DNA of 64,000 nt. It comes from a virus. Location: the IMG/VR virus record IMGVR_UViG_3300030106_005509, positions 72,412-136,411 of that record; one strand, written 5' to 3'. The translations under genes were made by a program, and so were the position numbers. Below the pieces are notes generated by a model, which worked only from the letters and a program-made list of their open reading frames with translations, did not search any database and was not told where the DNA came from. Below are positions 29,555-39,692 of the stretch, one piece after another (position 1 is the stretch's first letter; every line of letters begins with the position of its first letter).

Positions 29555-31439
29555 CTCTTATTCCCATTACTTTGTCTAATAGTGATATGCCAAGCACATC
29601 AAATTTAACATGTCCCATAGATTCCAGATCGTTCATTTCTAATCCGGCTATCTTGTCTGTATTTGTTTTGTCTCTGACCATTGGGCAAACCTCGTTGAGA
29701 TTGTTTGAGGAAATCACAACTCCAGCTGCGTGCTTACCTTGAGACTTGAATGTACCCTCAAGACGCATTGCTTGCTCGAAGAGTTTTGAATAATCGCCCT
29801 CCAGCGAGCCGTCATCATTCAACCTGCAATAGTCTCTGAGAGAGTCTGGTTGGTTCATGAGCGTCCATTGTATAACAGATGGCGAATCCATAGAAGCAAG
29901 CTGATCAGATATCTCTTGTTCTGGAGGCAGACTTTTTGTTATTGAATTCATTTCGTCAAAGCCACAAGCCTCGTTCATCCTCAAGACTTCTTTTAGGGCG
30001 CTGCGACCTTGAAGCCTACCAAAAGTAACCATCTGGCTAACTTTAGAATGTCCATACTTTTCCCTAATATAGTCTATCACTTCATCTCTTTTTGATGCTG
30101 GCACGTCTATGTCTATATCAGGTAATGAGACATGGTCTTTTGTATTTCTTCCAGAGTTATAGAATCGCTCAAAAATTAATCCGTATTCAATAGGATCGAC
30201 ATGTGTTATTCCAACTAGATAAGAAACCAAGCATCCTGCTGCGGAGCCTCTTCCCGGACCCGGAATCCAACCGTTAGATCTCACGTTATTTACTATATCT
30301 CTAACTATAAGAAAATAACCTGACAGTTTAGCATCACTAATAACTTTTAGCTCTTTTTGCACCCTGTCTGCGTATAGTGCTTTTGCCTCTTCTAAGTTTA
30401 CCTTGCCAGATGTTTTTAGTAACTTAGACCAACCCTGTCTACAAAGCTCTCTCAGGTACTGCTCTTCATTGTATTCTTCTGGGCATTTAAATTCTGGAAG
30501 CATGGGTTTGCCGAGTATGTCATAATCTTCGCACATATCGGACACAAGCATTGCATTTGCTATCTCGGCTTCTGTGTTAACAGCTTGTATCTCCTCTAAG
30601 GAGGGTATGTGGAAGTTGCTAGACTTCATAAAGCCGGAAAAACCAACCTCTTCATTGTTGTTTAGCTTGCTTCTTATTTTTCTTAGCGTTGTTTTCATTG
30701 AAGAACACAGCAATAACATGTGATCTCCAGAGTCTTGTTTAGTTGGGTAGTGTGAATCCGCTGTTGCTACGGTTGGTATCCTTAGCTTTTTAGCTATATA
30801 CCTCATACCCTGAGCTACTAATTTAGCCGCCGGAGAATTTTCTTGATCAATGCACTGAACCTCTATCAAAAAGTTATCTTTACCAAAGACATCCATATAG
30901 GTGTATGCCATCTTCGTGACATTTTCCACCCAATTTGGATCTACAAATTTCTTTACCTCTCCTTCTGTATCCTGATTGTAAGCAGACTTATAATCTGTAA
31001 ATATTGCATTAGCCATATCGCTTCCAAGATGGCCGCTAAAAGCAATTAGATTGCCATCCGCATAATCTCCTAGAGTTTGTAGATCTATTCTAGGTCTATA
31101 GTAGAAAAGCTCTTCGTCGTTACTCCTCGAAACAGCCTCAATTAAATTATGCCAACCCTTTTTATTCTTAGACAGGACGCATAGATGGCTCAAGCTTCTA
31201 TTTTCAGGAGACTTCAGTCTTGCGTCTGGGCTTAGATAAAACTCGCATCCCAGTATGGGTTTTATATTTTTAGACCTGCAAGACTTTGAGAAAGAAACAG
31301 CTCCAGATATAGTTCCATGATCTGTTAGCGCGCAAGACGTAAACCCAAGCTTGCTACATCTTGATGCAATCTGGTCTGGCTTTGAGAGACCATCTAGAAG
31401 ACTGTAGTGACTATGCAGGTGTAGTGGTGTCCAATTCAT
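29529..31439 (-). CDS. dnaE: DNA polymerase III alpha, N-terminal half (PHP, palm, thumb)
   Basis: HLHSHYSLLDG, TDHG, GCEFY, DSHY, GRGSAAG, FERF, PDIDID, HAAGVVI, KFDVLG; the ORF ends shortly after the last motif. Confidence 0.92.
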   Translation of the reverse strand: MNWTPLHLHSHYSLLDGLSKPDQIASRCSKLGFTSCALTDHGTISGAVSFSKSCRSKNIKPILGCEFYLSPDARLKSPENRSLSHLCVLSKNKKGWHNLIEAVSRSNDEELFYYRPRIDLQTLGDYADGNLIAFSGHLGSDMANAIFTDYKSAYNQDTEGEVKKFVDPNWVENVTKMAYTYMDVFGKDNFLIEVQCIDQENSPAAKLVAQGMRYIAKKLRIPTVATADSHYPTKQDSGDHMLLLCSSMKTTLRKIRSKLNNNEEVGFSGFMKSSNFHIPSLEEIQAVNTEAEIANAMLVSDMCEDYDILGKPMLPEFKCPEEYNEEQYLRELCRQGWSKLLKTSGKVNLEEAKALYADRVQKELKVISDAKLSGYFLIVRDIVNNVRSNGWIPGPGRGSAAGCLVSYLVGITHVDPIEYGLIFERFYNSGRNTKDHVSLPDIDIDVPASKRDEVIDYIREKYGHSKVSQMVTFGRLQGRSALKEVLRMNEACGFDEMNSITKSLPPEQEISDQLASMDSPSVIQWTLMNQPDSLRDYCRLNDDGSLEGDYSKLFEQAMRLEGTFKSQGKHAAGVVISSNNLNEVCPMVRDKTNTDKIAGLEMNDLESMGHVKFDVLGISLLDKVMGIRDDLEQQDD

Positions 31440-32455
31440 TTTTTCTTAGTATCTTCTGCGAGCCTTCCGCCTCCGTCTCCGTAGGCAGAAAGCTTATCAA
31501 TATTTCCGTATTTTTCAACAACTTTTGGTATACCCTTGAGCCTTATTTCATCTCTAATATGTTGGCATACACTTTTTTTAGATCCGGGTTTATGAGGCTG
31601 GCTAAACTTACAAAGCTTTCTACACTTCCAGTGAGAATTATCATTAGATAGGAGCTTAGGGTTTTGCGTCCTCTTTATGCGCTCAAATTTCTTCCTTAAA
31701 ATATCTTCAGCTTTTTGATAGTCATCTTCATCAAACACCATCGAGAATAAACCGCCAGCATTAATGTAATAAATGCTTACCGAGAATTCATAATCTGGAA
31801 ACATATTTTTAAGCGCGTAATAATATAGTAGTAACTGCGTATCTTTCTGAAGCTTTTCTAGAGTCTTTTCTTCTCCAGTAGCCCAGTTAATTCTCTTTCC
31901 AGTTTTGTAATCTAGTATTTCAAAGTAGTTGTCGCCTTGTTGAACAATAAGGTCAACAGTTCCTTTTATTGCGAGATTGCCTTTTATAGTCTCTCTTCCT
32001 ACCTTGTAGTTGTATCTAGCCCAAGGTTTATCAATCTCAATATCAAAAAATAGTTCGGTTGCAAAAACATCTTGGTTTCTTGGGTCTAGAAGTCCATCTT
32101 GGTATGCTACCGCCTTCTCTGCCCACTTTAGACAGGTTCTTTTTTCAGAGTCACCAAGATCCACATCTGGAAAGTTTTTAGTGTAATAGTCAAATGCCAG
32201 ATCGTTTATATACGAGAGGTCGTCACACTGATCCAAACTGATAGTGCCAAGTTCATCATCCACTACCTCAGTCTCACCATTTTTCATCGCGAGACATTTA
32301 TCACCCAAAGTCTGCATAACCTTGTGGGTAACAGTACCCATCAACGCCTTCTTATTAGTCTTATCTCTGTAAGAAAGGTTGTATTGTAGGAAGTATTTCT
32401 GTTCGCAAAAGTCTAAAGTTCCAAGACTACTGCTTCTGTGGTAACAAACTATCAT
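31436..32455 (-). CDS. Cas4/RecB-like PD-(D/E)XK exonuclease
   Basis: GTVDL, ILDYKTG, QL..Y; one N-terminal Cys plus three C-terminal Cys (possible Fe-S cluster). Confidence 0.75.
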   Translation of the reverse strand: MIVCYHRSSSLGTLDFCEQKYFLQYNLSYRDKTNKKALMGTVTHKVMQTLGDKCLAMKNGETEVVDDELGTISLDQCDDLSYINDLAFDYYTKNFPDVDLGDSEKRTCLKWAEKAVAYQDGLLDPRNQDVFATELFFDIEIDKPWARYNYKVGRETIKGNLAIKGTVDLIVQQGDNYFEILDYKTGKRINWATGEEKTLEKLQKDTQLLLYYYALKNMFPDYEFSVSIYYINAGGLFSMVFDEDDYQKAEDILRKKFERIKRTQNPKLLSNDNSHWKCRKLCKFSQPHKPGSKKSVCQHIRDEIRLKGIPKVVEKYGNIDKLSAYGDGGGRLAEDTKKK

Positions 32456-33252
32456 TTAATTTTTGGATCTATCCATCCCCATTCTTTCATGACTTTAAGT
32501 AGTTCTCTATTGGTCTCGTCTATGCCCTTATCCTTGTTGTCGATCACAGCATCAAACTTTTCATAATCATCAAGAGCCGTTTCACTGTCGTGAGCATCTT
32601 CGTGTGGCTTTCTGGTAAGTCTTATAACTTTTCCTCCAGCCTTTTGTATAGCTTTTACCTCATTTGGAAATCTGATATCTGGAACTATTGCCATCTCAGT
32701 TCCACTATCTATTATTCTGTTTATGCAAGCAGAGACCCAAACATCTTTTCTAAGTCTTCGGCAAACGTCAGTGCCAAAATACTGCAAAAACTCTCTTGCT
32801 GTCAAATGAGCTTCAGCTGCTGGTATCTTTACAAGCTCTGTTTGATCTGGCCCAGAAATCAATCTAGACATATCTTGGATTCTTATATTGGTCAGAGAAT
32901 TCTTGTCTTCATCTGTACCATAGCATTGCTCTTCAGAGAGACCGAAGAGTTGTATTGCGATTATTTTTAGGGGATCTGCAAAACTAAAAGGTCTGACGTA
33001 AGGCCATATGTTTTGTGCTGAGTAACCTATAAATTCTTCGTCCTTTCTTTCCATATCCAAAATACCTAGAGATTCTTGCTCATTACCTTTTTCGTCTAGG
33101 ACTGTAGTATTTACAAGAAGTTCACCAGTATCTTCATTCATCATAAACTTTTCAATGATGCCATTAACACTGAGCTGATATCCATGTAAGAAGTTACTGC
33201 AAGTTGTCTTGCCGCTTTGTTTAGCTCCAGAAAAACCAATAATTCTAACCAT
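32452..33252 (-). CDS. deoxynucleoside monophosphate kinase (T4 gp1-like)
   Basis: GAKQSGKT, SFADPLK, R..LQ.FGTD..R, DIRFPNE, H.SE. Confidence 0.85.
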   Translation of the reverse strand: MVRIIGFSGAKQSGKTTCSNFLHGYQLSVNGIIEKFMMNEDTGELLVNTTVLDEKGNEQESLGILDMERKDEEFIGYSAQNIWPYVRPFSFADPLKIIAIQLFGLSEEQCYGTDEDKNSLTNIRIQDMSRLISGPDQTELVKIPAAEAHLTAREFLQYFGTDVCRRLRKDVWVSACINRIIDSGTEMAIVPDIRFPNEVKAIQKAGGKVIRLTRKPHEDAHDSETALDDYEKFDAVIDNKDKGIDETNRELLKVMKEWGWIDPKIK

Positions 33253-34312
33253 TTGTCATCGCCTCAATTTGTGGTTTTATTTCTTCTACTATTTTAGATA
33301 CAGACATGTCACCAATGTCACTGCCGGAAAAATTGGGAGCATAAACATTAAAAAGATTGCTACACTTTTCAGTGATCTCTCGCTTAGCCTTTTTACCAGC
33401 CTCGTCATTGTCAGTTAATATTATAACATTTCTTGCTGTTGTAGTTTGTATCAATCTTAACTGGGCTTCGCTCAAGCTAGAACCAAACATTCCAACGGCA
33501 TTTTTTATGCCAGCCATGTGTAGCTTCCAGACATCGCCTTGACCTTCCACCAAAACAATGCTCTTACTCTTAAATATATGCTCTGAAGCTACCCAAAGGC
33601 CGTATAAATATAAACTTTTACGGAATCCAGCACTGTTTCTCCATTTTGAATAAGTGCTGTTTTCTCTTGTCATCCTTCCAACTTCACCGACATATTCTGT
33701 ATTTTCATTATAAACAGGAGCTACAGCCCTACTAAACATAGGATCTTTTCTTATCATGCACTCGCCAACGTCAAACTCTCTGAGAACTTCTTTTGAGAAT
33801 CCACGTTTGAGAAAGTAGGTAGATGGTATTTGCAGTTTTGCTTGCATCTGCCTTCTACTGTATTTGCCAACATTGTTCTGTACCACTTGCTGTTTCGCGT
33901 ATTTCTTTTCAAGATCAGGAAGGATTTTCTTCCTTTCAGCTATGTCTAAGTCGGAAACCTGCAACATCTTTTTGCAAAAATCCAAAGTCTCGCCAAAGTG
34001 ATAAAGCTTCTCGTCTTCAAGCCAGTCAGGAAAGCTGAGTATTCCACGTATCAAACCTATGGTAGTTCTTTGAAATACCTTCTCGCAACCTCTAGCTTTA
34101 CAAGCCCAAGCCCCTCTCCACTCACCATGCTTTGTGACTACACATGAACAAGCGTTAGCGCCGCCACCATGAACTGGGCATGGCATCATGTAGTAATTGT
34201 CACTTTCCCTATAGGAGACCCCAAAGTGATCTAGAAACAACGGCAGGTTGTCCATCACCAAGCTGTTTAAGGCTTTTATCTCTTCTGGTTTTAGAAATGT
34301 TTTATTACTCAT
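33245..34312 (-). CDS. dnaG: DNA primase (DnaG-like)
   Basis: CPVH...C...C zinc finger, LYGL, VEGQGD, TDND.AG (TOPRIM); start taken at MSNK. Confidence 0.85.
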   Translation of the reverse strand: MSNKTFLKPEEIKALNSLVMDNLPLFLDHFGVSYRESDNYYMMPCPVHGGGANACSCVVTKHGEWRGAWACKARGCEKVFQRTTIGLIRGILSFPDWLEDEKLYHFGETLDFCKKMLQVSDLDIAERKKILPDLEKKYAKQQVVQNNVGKYSRRQMQAKLQIPSTYFLKRGFSKEVLREFDVGECMIRKDPMFSRAVAPVYNENTEYVGEVGRMTRENSTYSKWRNSAGFRKSLYLYGLWVASEHIFKSKSIVLVEGQGDVWKLHMAGIKNAVGMFGSSLSEAQLRLIQTTTARNVIILTDNDEAGKKAKREITEKCSNLFNVYAPNFSGSDIGDMSVSKIVEEIKPQIEAMTNG

Positions 34313-34313
34313 T

Positions 34314-35765
34314 TTAGAATGGTTTGTCTTCAACATCTTTACTTTCATCAACAATAAATCCATCTGTCTTTAGCTGATTCTCTTTTCTAGCTTCTGAGAA
34401 AAGAAGACCTTCTTCGACAGTTCCAATTTCGCCAGTCATTATGACATTTATATAGTCACTAGATGACCAGCCTTGCCCGAACCTGCTTTTAAGAGGCACT
34501 AATTTTTTGTTTCCAGCATCTTCTTCAGTGCTTGCTATCTCGTCTATAGTTTTGTCTTTGAAGAGGGTGATGCTTGTGGCAGTCCAAGAAAGTCTTTTAG
34601 TTCCTGCGAGAACGGAAGTTGTTTCCTTAGTCTCTCCATCTTTATTCAGCTGGCAGAAGGTCAGTACAGGCACGCCCATTTCGCCAGCAAAGTCCTTTAG
34701 CTTTTTAGCGTTTTTTGTTAGCTCTTGGTACTCTTGGTTGTATTCAGATATAGCTGTGGTATCCATGATTTTAAGATAGTCATAAATTACAAAGCAGTCC
34801 TTTGCAACACCGCCCTCTGTGCCAACATTTCTAACTATCCATCTTCTTATGACCGAAAGTGTTTCGTCAAACTTCATACCTCCAGCGCCTATGTGCGAGA
34901 TTGGCATTTCTTTAATTTGATTAATTGCCACATCGACACGATCTTCTCCACCCACAACATCTAAAAACTTTCCCGTCTCTATGTCAGTAGTTGGTATTTT
35001 TGAAAGCTTTGCAGTAAGTCTAGCGTAGTGTTCTTCTTCAGACATCTCTGTATCTACATAAAGAACTGGTATGTCTAAATTGCCAGCTATGTGAGCGCCG
35101 ATATTTAAGGCAAGCATACTTTTACCAGTCTTTTCAGCAGCGCCAATCAAATCAACTGCACCTCTTCTGAACCCGCCTCCTATTGCAGCATCGTATCTAG
35201 GAAAACCGCTGCTTATGCCAACCATCTCGCATGGATTCTCTTTTACATGCTCAATCCAATCTCCAACGCCATCGCCAAAAGCGATTGGCTCGTCTGCAAT
35301 GGGGTTTGATCCTAAAAGCGTCACATCAAATATTTTACCTTCAACCATTGAGATGATCTCATTCATCTCTTCGTCGCCGGTACATTTTCCAAGATCGTTT
35401 ATTATTTCAGTTGCTGTTCTTTTGTATGTCCGCATCGTGTCCAGTTTTAGCAATTTCTTGCTCTGATTGACAACGTTTTCTAGTTGTATATCAACATTGG
35501 ACAGCTCTTTTAAAAACTCATCAGAGATTTCTCTTTCATACATCCGTGTTATATCAAGCTGCTCAGCAGCAGAATTAAGCACGACAGTATCAACTGTATC
35601 AGATGTTTCAAAGACTTTTTTTAGACAGGCGTAAAGAACTTTATTGGCATCGTTGGTAAAGCACTTTTCATCTATAAAGGGGTCAGCGTCTACAAATGCA
35701 TCCTTGCCGTATCTGATCATAGACGCTAAGACAGCTCTTTCAGTTTCTGGATTTTTTATTTCCAT
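34314..35765 (-). CDS. dnaB: replicative DNA helicase (DnaB family)
   Basis: E.AVL, GISSGF..YD...GG, KTGKS, DTEM, YDYL, QLN, KSRFG. Confidence 0.88.
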   Translation of the reverse strand: MEIKNPETERAVLASMIRYGKDAFVDADPFIDEKCFTNDANKVLYACLKKVFETSDTVDTVVLNSAAEQLDITRMYEREISDEFLKELSNVDIQLENVVNQSKKLLKLDTMRTYKRTATEIINDLGKCTGDEEMNEIISMVEGKIFDVTLLGSNPIADEPIAFGDGVGDWIEHVKENPCEMVGISSGFPRYDAAIGGGFRRGAVDLIGAAEKTGKSMLALNIGAHIAGNLDIPVLYVDTEMSEEEHYARLTAKLSKIPTTDIETGKFLDVVGGEDRVDVAINQIKEMPISHIGAGGMKFDETLSVIRRWIVRNVGTEGGVAKDCFVIYDYLKIMDTTAISEYNQEYQELTKNAKKLKDFAGEMGVPVLTFCQLNKDGETKETTSVLAGTKRLSWTATSITLFKDKTIDEIASTEEDAGNKKLVPLKSRFGQGWSSSDYINVIMTGEIGTVEEGLLFSEARKENQLKTDGFIVDESKDVEDKPF

Positions 35766-35768
35766 GAG

Positions 35769-36218
35769 CTACCCTCCTATACATCTGCTGCATCTATAAA
35801 ATTCCCCAGACTTATAAGTAGGGTTTATTTGGTCAACCTGTCCACAAACATAACATTTTACGTCCACCATTTTGACTGGAGGTCTTCTCTGCATTCTGCC
35901 AACATCTGGTGTAGAAATATCTCTATGCTCTACTCCATCATCTACAAAAGTGTTTTCACCAGCAGTCACTGATTGATGCTTGGCATACGTGCCACTTTCA
36001 GACTTTTCACTATGTGTTATTGAGAAGTCTTCTGTTGCTGATTTTGGCATTCGTGCTTTTGGCTCTGACACTTGTGGTTCTGGCACTTCTTCGGTTGCAA
36101 CCCCATCTCTTTCTGTTGAGACTCTGACTTCTTCTCCCGTGAGTTGAGCATACCCTTGAATAACTTGCTCCATATCATTGTTAACAATACCTTCCTTGAT
36201 TTGTTGTAAAGGAGTCAT
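35769..36218 (-). CDS. hypothetical protein with C-terminal zinc ribbon
   Basis: CYVC...CSRC. Confidence 0.55.
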   Translation of the reverse strand: MTPLQQIKEGIVNNDMEQVIQGYAQLTGEEVRVSTERDGVATEEVPEPQVSEPKARMPKSATEDFSITHSEKSESGTYAKHQSVTAGENTFVDDGVEHRDISTPDVGRMQRRPPVKMVDVKCYVCGQVDQINPTYKSGEFYRCSRCIGG

Positions 36219-36697
36219 TAAAACCTTCTCCTTCCTAATTCTAATAAAACATCAACTTGCTTTCGCAAGTCTCTAACCTTGTTCTCTAACCAAATTGTAT
36301 TTGATTCCGCCTGAAGTTTTGCTTGCATGACAGTGTTGGCGAATTCATCGTTAGCAGCTAGTACGTGCAATTTTTGATCCCACTTCATGTATTTAGTAAA
36401 TAAGCCCTCATTGTCTACAACCAGTTTGTACATTAAGTTTTGACACCAGTTGAGTTTAGCTTTATGCTTGTTTTCTATCTTCTGAACGTAACCGCAATAA
36501 CCAGATAAGATAAAGGCTTTGAATAGAGATTCTTCTTGGCTAAGACTTTTGAGTTCTTCTTCTGATAAATTTACAATGCTCTCAACTTGCGGATTCACAG
36601 ATGCAGTTACCAGAGACTTAGATGTTGAATATTCTTCTAGATATTCCAGAAGCCCGTCTATGTCAGAGCTGTTCAATAATTGTTTGCTTCCACTCAT
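36218..36697 (-). CDS. hypothetical helical protein (possibly a UvsY-like mediator)
   Basis: Coiled-coil-like 159-aa ORF between recA and dnaB; function inferred from position only. Confidence 0.4.
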   Translation of the reverse strand: MSGSKQLLNSSDIDGLLEYLEEYSTSKSLVTASVNPQVESIVNLSEEELKSLSQEESLFKAFILSGYCGYVQKIENKHKAKLNWCQNLMYKLVVDNEGLFTKYMKWDQKLHVLAANDEFANTVMQAKLQAESNTIWLENKVRDLRKQVDVLLELGRRRF

Positions 36698-37127
36698 CTT
36701 TATCTTCCGAATATTTCAATTCAACAAATATAATCGAATTTATTTCACACCATCGTTTTTTATCTTTGTCTCTAACTCTTGACTTCAAAAACTCTGCTTT
36801 TGATTTGTGAAAGAATGATACAAATTCAAAATGCTGCCTACCATGAACCTCGACTACCAAATTGTAAGCCGGAACGAAGAAATCTGCGAAAAGCTTTGAG
36901 GGTCTCGACGGCTTATTTGAACCGGGAAGTGGAACCTCCTCAAGGATTGTATCATACGGAAAAAGCTCTTTCAACAATTTTCTTGCCGTTAAGTGCAGAT
37001 TTGATCTTGGACGAGTGTCGTCACCAAGCACCGTACACTTATTTAGCTTCCAATGTCTCTCTACGCCATCAAAACCAACAGCTCTCAATAAAGTATCTCC
37101 CTCATGGTTTTGTCGAGAATGTCCCAT
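36663..37127 (-). CDS. Vsr/DUF559-like endonuclease
   Basis: EE, ADFFVP, VEVHGRQH, RD..K..WC; the true start may be the TTG at 37088. Confidence 0.65.
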   Translation of the reverse strand: MGHSRQNHEGDTLLRAVGFDGVERHWKLNKCTVLGDDTRPRSNLHLTARKLLKELFPYDTILEEVPLPGSNKPSRPSKLFADFFVPAYNLVVEVHGRQHFEFVSFFHKSKAEFLKSRVRDKDKKRWCEINSIIFVELKYSEDKDEWKQTIIEQL

Positions 37128-38176
37128 AACGAAGGATTTTCGTCCATGAACTGAAGAAGTCTTGCTTGTCCTTGAAACTTAAATAATTTGACCAAGCCCT
37201 CCGTGTCGTCTAGAGCAACTTCATTAGCCTCAACAATATCAGTAACGTCTTCAATATTTTCGAGAGCAAAGCTGCATGTGTACCAAGCTCCAGCTTGCTC
37301 AATCATATCAAAGTCAACGGCTTGAGAAAAAAGCTCTTGCTTCTTATCCAAACCAACACCGTAACGAAGCCAGCTAATAGCTCCACCGCCAGTGAAACCG
37401 CCAGCGGAAGATGTAACAACTTTCCAGCTGACGCATTGACCAATCTGCTGTGAGTCTGACCTGTCATCTATCTTCCAAGGTTGAACTCTGGATATCTCAA
37501 GTATGGTATCAGCTTGATATTGTATTTTTACACCACCGTCAGCTACTTTCTTTTTGCCATAACCAGAAACATTGGATATGTAGTGAGTAATCATGATTAT
37601 GATTGCTTTTTGTTTTGGAACTACACCGGCCATCTTCTTTGTAAAGTTCGAGAGTATCTTTTGTAGTCCGGGCCTATAGTCTCCTCTAACCTCTTCGTCT
37701 AAGTCTTTCTGTGCTATCATTGAAGAAACAGAGTCAATGATGATGACAGATCCGGGACACTCTTTGACTATTCGTTCAATACCACCAAGATACTTCTCTG
37801 CACTAAGTGTTTCACTTGGTGATTCAAAAATGTTTATTCTATCTACATCAAGCCCTTGGATACCCTCTAAGTTTTTTCTGTTGAGCCTCCCCTCAACATT
37901 TACATACCAAACATCTCTTGCTCCGTATTCTTCTTTTTGAGCATTTGCGGCTATCTGCAAGGCTGTGGTGGTTTTGCCACTTTTGGGATCACCAATCATT
38001 TGAACCCAGCTGCCTTCCTGTATGCCGCCACCCAAGGCATAATCGAGACAAGGGCTAACAGGTATAATAACCCTATCCTTCATCTCTTCAAAAACTTCTC
38101 TGCCTGTTTTTACTACTTCTTCGCCGTATTTTTTAACGAGAGTGTCAAATATTGATAGTTCTTTCTTCTTAGCCAT
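37085..38176 (-). CDS. recA: RecA/UvsX recombinase
   Basis: LDYALGGG, GDPKSGKTT, IIDSV, GG...QY.A, AGAWY. Confidence 0.88.
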   Translation of the reverse strand: MAKKKELSIFDTLVKKYGEEVVKTGREVFEEMKDRVIIPVSPCLDYALGGGIQEGSWVQMIGDPKSGKTTTALQIAANAQKEEYGARDVWYVNVEGRLNRKNLEGIQGLDVDRINIFESPSETLSAEKYLGGIERIVKECPGSVIIIDSVSSMIAQKDLDEEVRGDYRPGLQKILSNFTKKMAGVVPKQKAIIIMITHYISNVSGYGKKKVADGGVKIQYQADTILEISRVQPWKIDDRSDSQQIGQCVSWKVVTSSAGGFTGGGAISWLRYGVGLDKKQELFSQAVDFDMIEQAGAWYTCSFALENIEDVTDIVEANEVALDDTEGLVKLFKFQGQARLLQFMDENPSLWDILDKTMREILY

Positions 38177-38582
38177 CTAAATCCCTCAAGCTAATGTTCT
38201 TATTGTTATTGAATCGCTTTTGCGGTTTTGACCGCGTGTTATCTGTATATTCTACCTGCTTTGGCTCTGGAGCTTCATCTATTTTTTTCTGCTCGTTCTT
38301 TATTAGCGGTTTGAGTTTTTTCATATTCAAGGAATACATCCAGCTTCCCGCGCTTGATTTCAAGGCTCGTAGTATCGCTTGGTCACTAAATTCTTTTAGA
38401 AGTTTGTAGGCGTAGCCTACTTGGTACTGGTAGTATCTTTTCCAGCTTTTAGTGTTCCATAGAGCATAGGCTGGTCTACCTACGTTTTCTTTTTCTGCCT
38501 TTCTCAAGCAGACGAATTCGGCTATATACTGCGCTGCATTACACTCTTGGTCTTTTGTTATGTGTTTGTAGTTCTTTGCCAT
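38169..38582 (-). CDS. hypothetical protein
   Basis: Coupled minus-strand ORF. Confidence 0.55.
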   Translation of the reverse strand: MAKNYKHITKDQECNAAQYIAEFVCLRKAEKENVGRPAYALWNTKSWKRYYQYQVGYAYKLLKEFSDQAILRALKSSAGSWMYSLNMKKLKPLIKNEQKKIDEAPEPKQVEYTDNTRSKPQKRFNNNKNISLRDLDG

Positions 38583-39060
38583 TCAATACTTCCTTCTTTA
38601 CAATCAAACACTCTTGAGACTTTTTGATGTCTCTATCTTCAAGTCTCTCTGGAGTCATTTCGGGCATAACCCACTTCCTGACCCTCAGCTTGCCATCATT
38701 CAATCCACCAACCACAAACGAGTGTATGGTGTTATCTCCAAACATATAAGCTCCTGCGCATTTGCAGAAGAAGTAACCATCAAAATCAGATCCAACATCT
38801 TGTACATTGGATCTGTTTTTTATTTTCATATTTGTAATGTGAATACCATTTTCTTCACAGTATATTTTAAGTCTAGCCCAAGCGCTTTGAGGTTCTCTTT
38901 CTGGTCTGTCATCATCTTGGTAAACAGTCTCACCATTAGAAAGCTTGACTACCCACATTGGGTTTTGATCGCCATATTGATTTACATAAGAATCTAACTG
39001 CTTTGCTACGCTTTGCTTTGCTAAATTGTATTCACGATCTGGTATATCAGATATATCCAT
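38539..39060 (-). CDS. hypothetical protein
   Basis: Coupled minus-strand ORF. Confidence 0.55.
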   Translation of the reverse strand: MDISDIPDREYNLAKQSVAKQLDSYVNQYGDQNPMWVVKLSNGETVYQDDDRPEREPQSAWARLKIYCEENGIHITNMKIKNRSNVQDVGSDFDGYFFCKCAGAYMFGDNTIHSFVVGGLNDGKLRVRKWVMPEMTPERLEDRDIKKSQECLIVKKEVLNGKELQTHNKRPRV

Positions 39061-39061
39061 A

Positions 39062-39394
39062 TTACTTATCTTTGATTATATGAATTGCATCACTGTATCT
39101 CTTTGCGTTCTGAACTCTTATGGGTCTAGTTTCGTCAGCTAGCTCAGAAGCAGCTTGTGTCATAATTGTGACTCCACGGTCTTCTTTGTGACCCATAAGG
39201 TCTCCAACTGTCGAGCCTTCTTCACGAGCTGTGTCTACATGTCCAGTGTCGGCAGATTCGCCAATATGCTTTTTAATAGCGTTTTCCGTTCTATTCAAGT
39301 CTTTAGCTATATCTTCGACAGTCATGTCAGAATTGTTGTCAATATAAAACTTTTCTATCTTCGTCAGCTTTCCTGTTTTTCTTTTAGACATCAA
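39062..39394 (-). CDS. hypothetical protein with N-terminal HTH
   Basis: MTVEDIAKDLNRTENAIKKH. Confidence 0.55.
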   Translation of the reverse strand: MMSKRKTGKLTKIEKFYIDNNSDMTVEDIAKDLNRTENAIKKHIGESADTGHVDTAREEGSTVGDLMGHKEDRGVTIMTQAASELADETRPIRVQNAKRYSDAIHIIKDK

Positions 39395-39692
39395 TATGGC
39401 TCCGTTCTGCCCAAGTTAGATTGTTCCTTCGTCTGGTTTTAAGATAGTCAACATAGAACTTAAAAGTGTTCTTTGCGACCTTCTTATACTCAGCGAACAT
39501 GTCTTGAGATTTAGAAGCATCAATCCCGAAAGGATCTAGTAGTCTACCTCTAAAAAACTTAACATGATAGGTTTTTTTGTCATTAACTTCTGCAATGTAC
39601 GCAAAAGCTGTGTCCCGTGAATAATCTTTCTCTAAATCCGGCCCATAGAAAATGTACTCTGGATTTGGAGATGGTTCAAGTTCAAAATTCAT
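39384..39692 (-). CDS. hypothetical protein
   Basis: Coupled ORF; L.DP.G...F..Y..YL.T....L..AER. Confidence 0.5.
   Translation of the reverse strand: MNFELEPSPNPEYIFYGPDLEKDYSRDTAFAYIAEVNDKKTYHVKFFRGRLLDPFGIDASKSQDMFAEYKKVAKNTFKFYVDYLKTRRRNNLTWAERSHIDV

Noticed and set aside
28600-29600. Split intein or group I intron joining the dnaE halves
   Set aside because: No intein N-terminal block or HN-C/S/T junction, and the interval is fully occupied by overlapping ORFs with no room for a ribozyme core.
31436-32455. CRISPR-Cas system suggested by the Cas4-like gene
   Set aside because: No repeat-spacer array or other cas genes seen; solo Cas4-like nucleases are common in phage replication modules.
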